From the NCBI GenBank assembly GCA_963847495.1, contig CAWJZX010000013.1, positions 323,716 through 387,715 on the forward strand: a stretch of DNA of 64,000 nucleotides. Direction: 5' to 3'. The notes beneath the pieces were generated by a model, which saw nothing but the letters and a program-made list of their open reading frames with translations, ran no database searches and was not told where the DNA came from. The position numbers and the translations under genes are program-made. Position 1 is the first letter of the stretch, and each line of letters opens with the position of its first letter. The stretch is from an uncultured Gammaproteobacteria bacterium (GTDB taxonomy: Bacteria; Pseudomonadota; Gammaproteobacteria; Thiotrichales; Thiotrichaceae). Shown piece by piece: positions 9,046-18,557 of the stretch.

Positions 9046-9921
9046 TTATGAAAAACTAAAAGAACTCAGCCTGCTTCGAATTTTGGATGAAAGCTCTGGA
9101 TTATTAGGCGCCAGCATATTGGTCACATTAACGATCATTTCACGCGCCGCATTATCTTTATAGTTTGAATCTATTCTCATGATTTCAAACAGGTGATCTA
9201 CCGCCTGCTCATAGTCTCTGTCTGCAATCAGGCAAACGGCCAGATCGAAATGCACATCACAATTATTGGGGTTAGTTAACAATGACTGCTGTAGCTGGAA
9301 TTTACCCGGTGTTTTTGCGGCTAAATCCAGAAAGGTTAACTGTCCTATCAACGATTTACCCATGTCGGTCTTCTTTGCAGAATCGGGTAATTGATTAAAC
9401 AGACTGTTAGCCTGATCAAGCTCGTTCAAATCAATAAAGATTTGAGCCATATCCATCGCAATTTTGGTATTTGATGGATCTTGTTGGATAGCCTGAGTCA
9501 GTAATTGAATAGCGGCTACAGTATCAGCCTTCATGTGCTTTTCACGTGCTTCCAGACGCATTTCGTCTGCCTGCGAATACACACCAAATTCTTTTAACAC
9601 ATCACGTAATTCGTTTTGCTTCAGTAAGCCTTCTTCCGATTTAACCACCTCGCCATTCTTAAATACCTTTAAGCTCGGTACGTTTTCAATCGCGTATTGT
9701 TCCTTCAGCTCAGGCTGTTCATCAATATCGACTTTGGCAAAAATAAACTGCCCTGCAAATTCTTTAGCAAGAATCGATAGCTCATCCGACATTTGAAAAC
9801 ACGGCCCAGACCAGACACCCATAAACTCAACCAAAACAGGTAGTTTGTGTGAATTCTGGATAACTGCATAATCAAAATTCTGTTTGGAAACTTCGAAAAT
9901 GAAAACTTCACTATTACTCAC
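9046..9921 (-). CDS. Thioredoxin-domain plus TPR co-chaperone (YbbN/CnoX-like)
   Basis: 291 aa with an N-terminal thioredoxin fold (VLVEFMGVWSGPC) and a C-terminal TPR region. Confidence 0.75.
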   Translation of the reverse strand: MSNSEVFIFEVSKQNFDYAVIQNSHKLPVLVEFMGVWSGPCFQMSDELSILAKEFAGQFIFAKVDIDEQPELKEQYAIENVPSLKVFKNGEVVKSEEGLLKQNELRDVLKEFGVYSQADEMRLEAREKHMKADTVAAIQLLTQAIQQDPSNTKIAMDMAQIFIDLNELDQANSLFNQLPDSAKKTDMGKSLIGQLTFLDLAAKTPGKFQLQQSLLTNPNNCDVHFDLAVCLIADRDYEQAVDHLFEIMRIDSNYKDNAAREMIVNVTNMLAPNNPELSSKIRSRLSSFSFS

Positions 9922-9980
9922 AATCTCAATCCTTGTATGGACATGACGGAAACAGGAATAATCGCTTATTTATGTAAACG

Positions 9981-10062
9981 GTGCTATATCACTTTGTAGA
10001 CAAGTGAATCGAGGTTGGTATATTTATTCTTAAGTCACCCCCCTACTTTTAGGCACTTTTTA
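9981..10062 (+). repeat. Module J plus I-like segment plus C-box head
   Basis: GTGCTATATCACTTTGTAGACAAGTGAATCGAG...GTCACCCCCCTACTTTTAGGCACTTTTT. Module J is repeated at 17051-17083. Confidence 0.8.
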
Positions 10063-10085
10063 ATAGAATATAAATACCAACATCC

Positions 10086-10218
10086 CTTATTTCGACCACA
10101 TCGACGATTCCTTGCAGAATCTACGATGGACTTTCTTGGCTCTTGGTGAGCCTAAGAAAGACACCCCCTACCTTTTTAGCACTTTTCCATAAATCAATCG
10201 AGTCTGACCTCATTGATT
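10086..10218 (+). repeat. Module D plus C-box head plus module I
   Basis: TTTCGACCACATCGACG..GAATCTACGATGGACTTTCTTGGCTCTTGGTGAGCCTAAGAAAGACACCCCCTACCTTTTTAGCACTTTT..AATCAATCGAGTCTGACCTCATTGATT. The right arm overlaps the stop of ORF 10210. Confidence 0.85.
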
Positions 10219-10953
10219 CTTTCCCTGGACATTGAAACCACCAAGTATTGAATAAAAATCCGATAAATCGATTTCGCGTTTGTCTGCCAGGGGTTTAACT
10301 TCAGAATAAAGAAATGAATAAAATATGTTTTTTTCTTTAAAGTCTGATGGGAAATAAATATATAAATAGCCATGGCCAACATGTGAGTCTTTATACTGTC
10401 TGTACGTCTTGTACGTCATTGTGTAGAAGTGTTTATTATGTATATTAGTTTCTGACTTTTTTACATCTTTTAATTGATACATCCCCTTCATGACACCCTG
10501 CGCAATCATGTTGGATTCTTCGCCCTTACGGAAGTTATCAGCTACCCAGCGTTCAGAATGCATACCTCCGTAAATACGTGATGCATCCTTCTCAATAACA
10601 ACGATTGCTCTTGAAACGGTGGGTTGCCATCCCTTTTTCTCTACCTGTTTAAATTCCACCACCTGGTGCTGTGGAAATGTCTTTAAATCCCAATCACGGC
10701 CTAGATTGTTCTCTACTGTATAGCGTTTCATCTTGATTGTTGCACCAGAGCGTTTTTGTTGCACTTTTTCAGACTTTTTTTTCTCTGCGATTTGGGTTCC
10801 AAATGCCCCACTTCCATGCCGGTGCTTAATACCTTCTTTTGGTAAAGGATGGCTATGTACTCTTCCTGCATGAGAATGTGTCACACTCTTGGTTTTTGCC
10901 CACCCTGATACAGAAAGTAAAAGGGCCAGTATAATTACACTAGTTTTTATCAT
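10210..10953 (-). CDS. Secreted protein with an N-terminal His-rich module (paralog P1)
   Basis: Signal peptide followed by SVTHSHAGRVHSHPLPKEGIKHRHGSGAFG. The C-terminal domain is unrelated to P2 and P3. Confidence 0.7.
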   Translation of the reverse strand: MIKTSVIILALLLSVSGWAKTKSVTHSHAGRVHSHPLPKEGIKHRHGSGAFGTQIAEKKKSEKVQQKRSGATIKMKRYTVENNLGRDWDLKTFPQHQVVEFKQVEKKGWQPTVSRAIVVIEKDASRIYGGMHSERWVADNFRKGEESNMIAQGVMKGMYQLKDVKKSETNIHNKHFYTMTYKTYRQYKDSHVGHGYLYIYFPSDFKEKNIFYSFLYSEVKPLADKREIDLSDFYSILGGFNVQGKNQ

Positions 10954-11020
10954 TTTGAGTTTTCCACTTTTTTATGAGACGGGAATTACTATAGCTTTTA
11001 GCTGTGCATCTACTCCTCTG

Positions 11021-11848
11021 TCAGTCCATCATGGCATTGATATCACGTAGCATCTTGTTGGCACGTTCCAGAAGCACTGTGTCACCTACGTTGATATTGT
11101 TTTTGAGTATGCATTTGATTTTAAGAACACCACCTTCTTCATTTATTGTTTTGCGTATGCCGCGCCCCAAGTGTTCACCTTTATCAATCTTTCCATCCTT
11201 GTTAATGTCATACAGCCACGCAGTTACTCCTCCACCCAGGTTTTTGTCCTGATTCAGGTCAACATCAGGATAAACCCAAATATCAATCTTTCCATCGTAA
11301 TCCGAGTCAATCAGGTGATGGAATGTCCATACAAGCTTGAAGGTGGGCTTTGTGGTGAATAAACTCCCCTGGTAGTAAACAAGATAATCAGCTTTACCAT
11401 CGTTATTGCGATCGAAAATAAAACCGAAATCCATCTTTGCGGCTCCGGTTTCCGGGGAATAAGAAAATTGGTCAGGACGTTTATCACCGTTGATATCGAT
11501 GAGCTTTAGAATGGGATAGTTCTTAAATGTCCTGGTTCTTGAGGATTTCAAAACTACTCGCGTACGCTATTTCCAAAGCTGCCTGGCGCGTTTATCAAGA
11601 GCATTATAGGTATCTAGATTGCGTTTAATGCGACCAGTTTCAGATTGCCTCGATTTAGCCTGCTTTTTCTCAGATTTTACGGTTACAGGTACACCAAACG
11701 CCCCTCCTCCATACTGATGCCTAATGCCTTGTTTCGGTAAAGGATGGCTATGTACTCTTCCTGCATGAGAATGTGTCACACTCTTGGCCTGTGCCCACCC
11801 TGATACAGAAAGTAAAAGGGCCAATATAATTACACTGTATTTTATCAT
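11021..11848 (-). pseudogene. His-rich-module paralog P2, interrupted by one in-frame TAG; C-terminal Dx[DN]xDG calcium-binding-type repeats
   Basis: Track ORFs 11567..11848 and 11021..11551 are in the same frame (276 codons in total). They are separated only by a TAG at 11567-11569 (...RARQLWK*RTRVVLKSS...). Repeats present: DINGDKRPD, DRNNDGKADY, DSDYDGKIDIW, DINKDGKIDKGE. Confidence 0.7.
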
Positions 11849-12026
11849 GTTGAATTCTCCGCTTTTTTATTAAATACACCCGACATCATTCCTGGATCTA
11901 ACGCTCTGTCTAATGTGGTGCGTAACGAGTCAATTGGAGCCCGCTGAGTTCACCGCTAATGGGAGCGAAGTGTCCTTCTGACAGGCATTGTGTTATGCTT
12001 TTTTTTGATCCTGGTCTAATAAGCGT

Positions 12027-12779
12027 TCATTTCTTTTTCTTTAGCTCACGGACTCTTTGACGGTAGACATCTGGATTATCCGTAACAGATATTGATTTTA
12101 TAATTTGTAGCGCCATATCGTGACCATTGGTCAAGTGGCTTGCCGTTATTACTGCCACCCAGTCAGGTTTTACCTCCACAAAATACCTAATAACCTCAGC
12201 TATATACCTCTTTCCACCACGCGTAAAATTCCATCGACCTATCCACTTTATAGAACCCGAATAGTTAGATTTAAAAGGCACCACTTTAGAACTATCGGCT
12301 GGCTTCCCATGCCTTTTCTCGTTGAATATTACGGTCGCAGACACAGCACGAGCCAATAAGTCTTTACCTTGATACCCCTTAACATCTGTTCCTGGACCCA
12401 GCGAAACACCTGCCTGTTTTTTGCGGTCAGTTGATGTCAGCAAACCTGTTTGATTTGTACGCTGCCACATTCCAGGCAACGAGAAACTAAAACTAAGCAG
12501 ATTTTTGTTGATTTCAAAATAATAAGTCCGATTCTCGCTTGGGATAGGAATAACAGCCGTTTCACTATATCGAATTGGCCCACTCTTTATAGATGGAGCA
12601 GAAGCTACATCTCCACCCGGAACAGCCAAACCAATAGCCCCACCCCCATGCCGGTGCTTAATGCCTTCTTTTGGTAATGGATGAGAATGTTCTCTACCTC
12701 CATGAGTATGAGGTACTGGAGCAGCATAAATAATTGTGCAACATAAGCTTATCAATATTAAAGCTATTAGATTATTCAT
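12027..12779 (-). CDS. Secreted protein with an N-terminal His-rich module (paralog P3)
   Basis: Signal peptide followed by PVPHTHGGREHSHPLPKEGIKHRHGGGAIG, then a distinct C-terminal domain. Confidence 0.7.
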   Translation of the reverse strand: MNNLIALILISLCCTIIYAAPVPHTHGGREHSHPLPKEGIKHRHGGGAIGLAVPGGDVASAPSIKSGPIRYSETAVIPIPSENRTYYFEINKNLLSFSFSLPGMWQRTNQTGLLTSTDRKKQAGVSLGPGTDVKGYQGKDLLARAVSATVIFNEKRHGKPADSSKVVPFKSNYSGSIKWIGRWNFTRGGKRYIAEVIRYFVEVKPDWVAVITASHLTNGHDMALQIIKSISVTDNPDVYRQRVRELKKKK

Positions 12780-12968
12780 TTTATTCCCCTTTAGAAAAAC
12801 GATTGTTTCACAATTACATACAAATTTAAGTTGGAAAGTAACATGTGATTAACCCTATCAAACAAAAGGAGCGATAAATTAGACAAATATCAATAATAAT
12901 CAAATTAATTGAATAAAAACATGAGAAAGAGTAACTTAGGTAGAGTTATTAAAAATTTTTCAAGTAAT

Positions 12969-13190
12969 TTATTTACAGTGCTGTCCAATCCGCGTGGCCT
13001 GCACAGCCTCAGTCTTAATCCCATCCGCCAAAACCGTTTCACTCGCCACAATATCTACCTTCTGTTTGGCTCGCGTTATTCCCGTATAAATCAACTGTCT
13101 TGTGAGTAATGGCATGACTTCATGTGGCAGTATCAATGCAACTTAGTCAAATTCTGAACCCTGGCTTTTGTGGATGGTCATTGCCCATGT
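12969..13190 (-). pseudogene. 3' remnant of a second recD copy
   Basis: Translation is TWAMTIHKSQGSEFD*VALILPHEVMPLLTRQLIYTGITRAKQKVDIVASETVLADGIKTEAVQATRIGQHCK*. It closely parallels the RecD C-terminus at 18815..19040. There is an in-frame TAA at 13143-13145, and similarity is lost above about 13190. Confidence 0.8.
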
Positions 13191-13318
13191 GTATAAGCGG
13201 GGTCAGCGTAAACTTTAATACCTTGCTTTGCAGATAAATATTATTGGCAAGGAGGCTGTCGTACTGATAGATTTATAGCTGTATCTTTTAATGCTGTCGC
13301 ATTTTGTACTTAAAAAAA

Positions 13319-13530
13319 GACACCCCCCTACTTTTAAGTGATTTTTATGCGGCTGCGCCTTCCCTACGGGTCAGCATTAAACGACAATGCTTTTGTCTCG
13401 ATAAATCTCGGCTCGTTTTTGTTCTTTAAAAACGTAAATAGAATTTATGCAGAGCTGAGGCGGTTTTTATGCGGCTGCGCCTTTACTTCAGATCAACTTT
13501 AAAATAACAGTCTTGTTGTTTCACTATGTC
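13319..13530 (+). repeat. C-box head plus module B plus tail-like segment plus a second partial B
   Basis: GACACCCCCCTACTTTTAAGTGATTTTTATGCGGCTGCGCCTTCCCTACGGGTCAGCATTAAACGACAATGC...TTATGCAGAGCTGAGGCGGTTTTTATGCGGCTGCGCC... Confidence 0.85.
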
Positions 13531-13532
13531 GG

Positions 13533-13703
13533 CTAGTCTTTTTTGTCAATTGTGATCTCAATAGACTTGCTATCACCCGCAAACCACTTCTGAACATACA
13601 AAGAACCCACGATAGGTGCGGTTCCTTCATCAGGGACTTCCTTATAGCGAACACTGTTTTTTGTTTCTTTCTCGTATTGAAACTTTACTACTTTCTTTGA
13701 CAT
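13533..13703 (-). CDS. Small hypothetical protein (56 aa), below the track cutoff
   Basis: MSKKVVKFQYEKETKNSVRYKEVPDEGTAPIVGSLYVQKWFAGDSKSIEITIDKKD. Its 5' end and upstream region are duplicated at 15609-15673. Confidence 0.4.
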   Translation of the reverse strand: MSKKVVKFQYEKETKNSVRYKEVPDEGTAPIVGSLYVQKWFAGDSKSIEITIDKKD

Positions 13704-13748
13704 AGAATTTTCTCGCTAAACACTTTTATTTTGACTAATCATAATTGC

Positions 13749-13836
13749 AGGTCGGATAAGCATAGCGCCATCCGACATGACCATGATTGATACCACACAA
13801 ATGTCGGATGGCGTACCTTATCCGACCTACCGCGCT
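13749..13836. repeat. REP-like palindromic doublet
   Basis: AGGTCGGATAAG..CGCCATCCGACAT - loop - ATGTCGGATGGCG..CTTATCCGACCTAC. It resembles enterobacterial REP (…CTTATCCGGCCTAC). Confidence 0.8.
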
Positions 13837-13842
13837 AATTAT

Positions 13843-15357
13843 CTAAAAAAATGGCACCAAAGTTAACTTAGAATAATCAAGGTATTGCAGTGGGTTAGCT
13901 TGCAAACCTGTATTTTCATAAAATCGACTTAAATCATTTGAACTTGAAGCTGCCTCTATTGCTTCTCGTTTTGTTGCTGATTCAATTGCCTGCCTCATTG
14001 TAATAATTGTTTTGTCATAGTCTGGTTTATAGCTGTTTATATTATTCATATTTTGGCAATTCGACATATTCTTAAATTCAAATTCATTTGCCACATTGCC
14101 CAGTATTTGACAGTTTCTATTATCAAATACTTTTATTGAACCCGATGCTTGTCGACTGTTTTTTCCTTGATCTACCAATAACACAAAATTACCTGCAACC
14201 ACATTATCAATCCCTCTGGAGAGCGTAATGCCGTGATGTTGATTAGATGCACAGAAATTATTTATTATCTTTATGTTCGCGTATGGCAAAGATCTAAATC
14301 TAAAAAATGAATCGCCTTTTTCATCTCGAGTAAAAAAGCACTGCCAACCTGTTAAATTGGGATTAGTTAAAGGCGTATCACCCACGAGCGAAATATTATT
14401 ACGAATAGTTACATTTGTGTTGCTGCGCTTCATTTTAGTCGTATATAGCTGGATCATATCGCTATGAACATACTTTATTTTGCGAAAGCGTTGTTTATAA
14501 AAAACAGGGGTTCTGGTATGCATTAAATTTGAATCAAATAATGCGTTATTGATACCACCACCAGAAAACATATCGCTAGCCACTCTGATTGCTTTATTGG
14601 CTATCGCATAAAATGAATTCATTTCATTAAACTCAACCGCATGAAATAAATCGGTAAAAAGCGTCCTATCAATAATGATGTTATTACTTTGTTTGATAAG
14701 CAGACCTGACTGGCTGGCCAAAATCGCATCTATATTTCCGCGTTTTAACGCGGTTAAATTATTTTTTTTATCACTAAAATGCAAATTGCTTAAACGAACG
14801 TTATTTGAACTCCTAATCTGCCATGAGTAATTGTTTCGAGAGGTACCCCATAAATTGTTTATCTTAAAATGACTGATGGTTACATTGTGTAGGTTCTCCC
14901 ATGTTATGTTTTCAAAAAATGGAGCCTGATTTTCACCTAACATACCAAGAATAAGCACTGGTTCATCAAAACGATGCTTTTGTTTGTAATGATAACGCTT
15001 ATCTCTGAGGTTGCTTCTTACTACAATAATCTCGCCACCAGTGGCGTTATCTAGAACCTCAGACAGTTGCTTAAAATTAAAAACGTTGAACACTATATTG
15101 TTATCTATAATTTCAGCAGGATTAATTTTAATAAGCTTGCTTGAAGATAAACTTGGCATCTCAATTTGAAATTGAGAGTTATCCTTAGCAAAGGACACAA
15201 ATTCCTCTGCATAACAGTGGCTATTTGTGATAAATAAAAATATTAAAAGAATGTAGTTAGCAATTTTTAAGTGAGGAAATAAGTGATTCAAACTGCTTTG
15301 TTGATTGTTTTTATTATTAAAGCCTGACCTTCTTTTCATTATAATATTTTCCTTCAA
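13843..15357 (-). CDS. Parallel beta-helix repeat protein, visibly very AT-rich
   Basis: 504 aa with an N-terminal hydrophobic segment and repeated N-rich turns (IRSSNNVRLSNLHF, IKQSNNIIIDRTLF, NVTIRNNISL) typical of right-handed beta-helix proteins. Confidence 0.6.
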   Translation of the reverse strand: MKENIIMKRRSGFNNKNNQQSSLNHLFPHLKIANYILLIFLFITNSHCYAEEFVSFAKDNSQFQIEMPSLSSSKLIKINPAEIIDNNIVFNVFNFKQLSEVLDNATGGEIIVVRSNLRDKRYHYKQKHRFDEPVLILGMLGENQAPFFENITWENLHNVTISHFKINNLWGTSRNNYSWQIRSSNNVRLSNLHFSDKKNNLTALKRGNIDAILASQSGLLIKQSNNIIIDRTLFTDLFHAVEFNEMNSFYAIANKAIRVASDMFSGGGINNALFDSNLMHTRTPVFYKQRFRKIKYVHSDMIQLYTTKMKRSNTNVTIRNNISLVGDTPLTNPNLTGWQCFFTRDEKGDSFFRFRSLPYANIKIINNFCASNQHHGITLSRGIDNVVAGNFVLLVDQGKNSRQASGSIKVFDNRNCQILGNVANEFEFKNMSNCQNMNNINSYKPDYDKTIITMRQAIESATKREAIEAASSSNDLSRFYENTGLQANPLQYLDYSKLTLVPFF

Positions 15358-15534
15358 CCCTGTAGAAACTTAAAAGACCTTACTCGAAGCAAAACCAATC
15401 CAACAATCCTAGCAATTTTTAAAAAAAGTATTAGAATATTTTACAAAAAGCCGTAAAAAATGTGCTTTCCTACTAAAAATTAAGTTATAAAAGTATTTAC
15501 TGGAGACCTCAGTATAACTAACGACTAATTAAGC

Positions 15535-15608
15535 AGAGCGCCATCCGACATGACCATGATTGACCTCAAACAATTGTCGGATGACGTAACCTTATCCGAC
15601 CTACCGCG
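15535..15608. repeat. REP-like palindrome (partial doublet), a direct repeat of 13765-13838
   Basis: GCGCCATCCGACATGACCATGATTGA...TTGTCGGATGACG..CTTATCCGACCTACCGCGCT. Confidence 0.8.
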
Positions 15609-15673
15609 CTACTTTCTTTGACATAGAATTTTCCCGCTAAACACTTTTATTTTGACTAAACACAATTGTAGGT

Positions 15674-17041
15674 TGATGAAATGGTCTCCTCCCCTTAATT
15701 CGGCATCTAAGTACCATAATTGGAGATGAAATATTTCCCAATTAAACAAAGAAGGAGACCACCATGAATATTAGCGCCATCGGGCTAGATATTGCAAAAC
15801 AGATTTTTCACCTTGTAGGCTTAGATGATCAAGGCAATCAAGTACTAAAGAAAACTCTTCGACGAACAAAGTTATTAGCTTACTTTGCTAACCTTAACCC
15901 CTGTGTTATTGGCATAGAAGGTTGTGCAAGTTCACATTATTGGGCACGTGAGCTGAATAAGCTCGGACATCAAGTTAAGCTACTTCCAGCACACTATGTA
16001 AAACCTTATGTTCGAGGTAACAAAAATGATTATAACGATGCTTTAGCCATTGCTGAGGCATGTCGAATTCCTGAAATGCGAGAAGTCAGAACTAAAACTG
16101 TTGAACAGCAAAGCATACAAGCCATGCACCGTTTTCGTCGAGGAGCGGTTGCAGATAGAACAAAGCTTTGTAATCAGGTACGCGGGTTACTTGCCGAGTT
16201 TGGTATTGTTATCAAACAAGGTATCAGCTCTTTGAGAAAGAAGCTCCCAGAAATACTCGAAGATGGAGAAAACCAATTACACTGGATGTTTCGAGATGCA
16301 TTAGCTCTAAAATACAGACAACTATGCGAACTTGATGAATTGGTGAAAGAGCTAACCATCATGATTGAGAGAGAAGCCAAACAACATCTGCAAATCAAAC
16401 AATTGCAAAGTATTCCAGGGTTTGGGGCAATTGTAGCAAGTACCTTCTTTAGCGTGATTGGTGATGGAAAGACTTTTAGCAAAGGCAGAGATGTATCTGC
16501 ATCATTGGGATTGGTGCCACGGCAACACAGTAGTGGAGGTAAAAACATCCTGCTGGGTATTAGTAAACGAGGTGATAAATATCTACGAAGCCTTTTAGTT
16601 CATGGAGCTAGATCAGTTGTGAATCACGCCCATAAGAAAGATGATGCACTGAGTCTTTGGGTTACTCGTTTAGTAAAAACACGAGGAAAGAATAAAGCCA
16701 CGGTTGCTCTTGCGAATAAACTGGCAAGAATTGCATGGGCAGTAACCATTAGCGGTAAGCCATACCAAAGAAATTTTGTGATTTAAAGAAAGTAGTAGAA
16801 ATAAACACATCAACGATTTGCGAGAGACAACAAGTAACGATGACATTATAGGTAAGACCGACATACTGAAACCTGCCTCATCCGAAGGATAGTAAATCCG
16901 ATAGGTCGATTAGGACAGTATGTGCAGACTTCATCAAGGCTCGGGATCTAAAACAATCCTATTATGAAGCCGGATATACGAAAGCAAATCTATCCCTGTC
17001 AATATTACACGTTGTCTTGCAAAAATGGAGGAGACCATATA
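15674..17041 (+). mobile_element. IS110-family element of the IS1111 type, inserted in a REP-like arm
   Basis: It interrupts AATTGTAGGT|CGGATAAG (the intact version is at 13744-13760). Subterminal inverted repeats are ATGGTCTCCTCC (15681-15692) and GGAGGAGACCAT (17027-17038). The 5' lead is short (about 90 nt) and the 3' non-coding tail is long (about 255 nt). Confidence 0.85.
15764..16786 (+). CDS. IS110-family (DEDD) transposase
   Basis: 340 aa with GLDIAKQ, GIEGCASSHYW, KNDYNDALAI and C-terminal IPGFGAIVAS motifs. Confidence 0.92.
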   Translation: MNISAIGLDIAKQIFHLVGLDDQGNQVLKKTLRRTKLLAYFANLNPCVIGIEGCASSHYWARELNKLGHQVKLLPAHYVKPYVRGNKNDYNDALAIAEACRIPEMREVRTKTVEQQSIQAMHRFRRGAVADRTKLCNQVRGLLAEFGIVIKQGISSLRKKLPEILEDGENQLHWMFRDALALKYRQLCELDELVKELTIMIEREAKQHLQIKQLQSIPGFGAIVASTFFSVIGDGKTFSKGRDVSASLGLVPRQHSSGGKNILLGISKRGDKYLRSLLVHGARSVVNHAHKKDDALSLWVTRLVKTRGKNKATVALANKLARIAWAVTISGKPYQRNFVI

Positions 17042-17050
17042 CGGATAAGG

Positions 17051-17187
17051 GTGTTATATCACTTTGTAGACAAGTCAGTCGAGAATGAGTCTATTGATTT
17101 TGAAATTACACCCCCCCTACTTTTAGGCGGTTTTTTTTGTTGAACTGATGACTAAAAGAACTTATGCAAAGCTAAGCGGTTTTTAAG
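17051..17187 (+). repeat. Module J plus I plus C-box head plus tail module C
   Basis: GTGTTATATCACTTTGTAGACAAGT...ACACCCCCCCTACTTTTAGGCGGTTTTTTTT...ATGACTAAAAGAACTTATGCAAAGCTAAGCGGTTTTT. Confidence 0.85.
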
Positions 17188-17223
17188 ATATGTCGAGAAA
17201 CGACAGTAGTTTGCACTTATTGT

Positions 17224-17772
17224 TTAATCATCATCTTCGTAACCCTCGGGTAATTTGTGGGCAATGCCTTTATGACAATCTATGCAGGTCTCAGTCCCTT
17301 TCTCAATCGCATTTTGCATCTTTTCAGCCGCACGATCGCCTTCCTCGTGAAAATCAATGGAATCAAAAGAATGGCAATTACGGCACTCTCGGGAATCAGT
17401 CGATTTCATGCTATCCCACACATGTTCAGCCAGTTCCAGGCGTTTTGCTTCGAATTTTTCTGGGTATTAATGCTCCCTAACGCCTTGTAATAAAGCTCGT
17501 TGCTGACCTTTATTTTTCGTATCATCTTGGGTAACCAGGCCTTGGGGACATGGCAATCAAAACAAGTTGCACGCACTCCTGAAGCATTCTTGTAGTGAAC
17601 ACTTTGTTTATACTCTTGAAAGACCATTTGCTCCATTTCATGACAGGAGATATAAAAAATCAAGGGTGTTAGTTTCTTCAATTACGGTATGGTAACCACC
17701 CCAGAAAAGAATACCAAATAACGTTCCTGCAGCAAAAACCTTGAAGATGATTTTATTAAATTTCCCAAACAT
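17224..17772 (-). pseudogene. NapC/NirT/CymA-family tetrahaeme cytochrome c with two frameshifts
   Basis: There is an N-terminal TM segment (MFGKFNKIIFKVFAAGTLFGILFWGG) and four CxxCH motifs (CISCH, CFDCH, CRNCH, CIDCH) spread over three frames. The frame breaks are near 17660-17670 and 17440-17450. Confidence 0.8.
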
Positions 17773-17846
17773 GACTCATGTACTCAAAGCAAAGCCCCTT
17801 TTTAAGGGGAGCTTGTTGACTAGCAAAATACTGACATCAGTAGAGA

Positions 17847-18557
17847 TTATTTTTCCTTAGGTAAGGTTTGCACATGAGCAAGAATGTCCACCGCCACCTG
17901 AAGGTCAAAAGCACGCATTGCAGGCATCTCCTCATCGGGTTGGCCATTCAGTATTTTCTGGATGATTTCCCATGGGTTCTTGTTGGCAAGGCCGCCTAGT
18001 GCAGCCATATCCTCAGGCATAAGACCTGTTTTTTCATGGCAGCCAGCACAAACTGTATTAAAGTATTTTTCACCCTGCGCTTTATTGCCTTTCGCCATTT
18101 TGGTTTTACGATCGATTACTGCATCAACATCGATCTGGCCCTTGGTGACAAAGTTAGCCAAATCAGTAAAGTCCTGATCACTCATTTTACCAGAATAGCC
18201 ATGGGTAGCGTCTTTCATTGCTGCAATCACTTTTGAGTTATCTACACCCTGCATGTTTTTAAGCCCTTTGATTCCAGTCATATAAGAACCAGAGGCATAA
18301 GCACCATCCTTACCCATCAGATCCCAGCCATGACAAGACTTGCAACGGTGAGTCGCATTACCCTTCTTCTTCGTATTCGATGCAGGCCAGGCCGGATGAG
18401 TGTCTTTTGGTTTATCCACCCCAATCACCTTAAACCATTTATCATACAATTGACCGCCACGTGCAATTGAAGAGACCTCTTCCTCTGCAAATGTGATTTG
18501 TGAAAAACCTAACATTGCTACGATACTAAACAGGCTTACTAATATTTTCTTATCCAT
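17847..18557 (-). CDS. Periplasmic dihaem c-type cytochrome
   Basis: 236 aa with a signal peptide and two CxxCH motifs (CKSCH, CAGCH). Confidence 0.8.
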   Translation of the reverse strand: MDKKILVSLFSIVAMLGFSQITFAEEEVSSIARGGQLYDKWFKVIGVDKPKDTHPAWPASNTKKKGNATHRCKSCHGWDLMGKDGAYASGSYMTGIKGLKNMQGVDNSKVIAAMKDATHGYSGKMSDQDFTDLANFVTKGQIDVDAVIDRKTKMAKGNKAQGEKYFNTVCAGCHEKTGLMPEDMAALGGLANKNPWEIIQKILNGQPDEEMPAMRAFDLQVAVDILAHVQTLPKEK

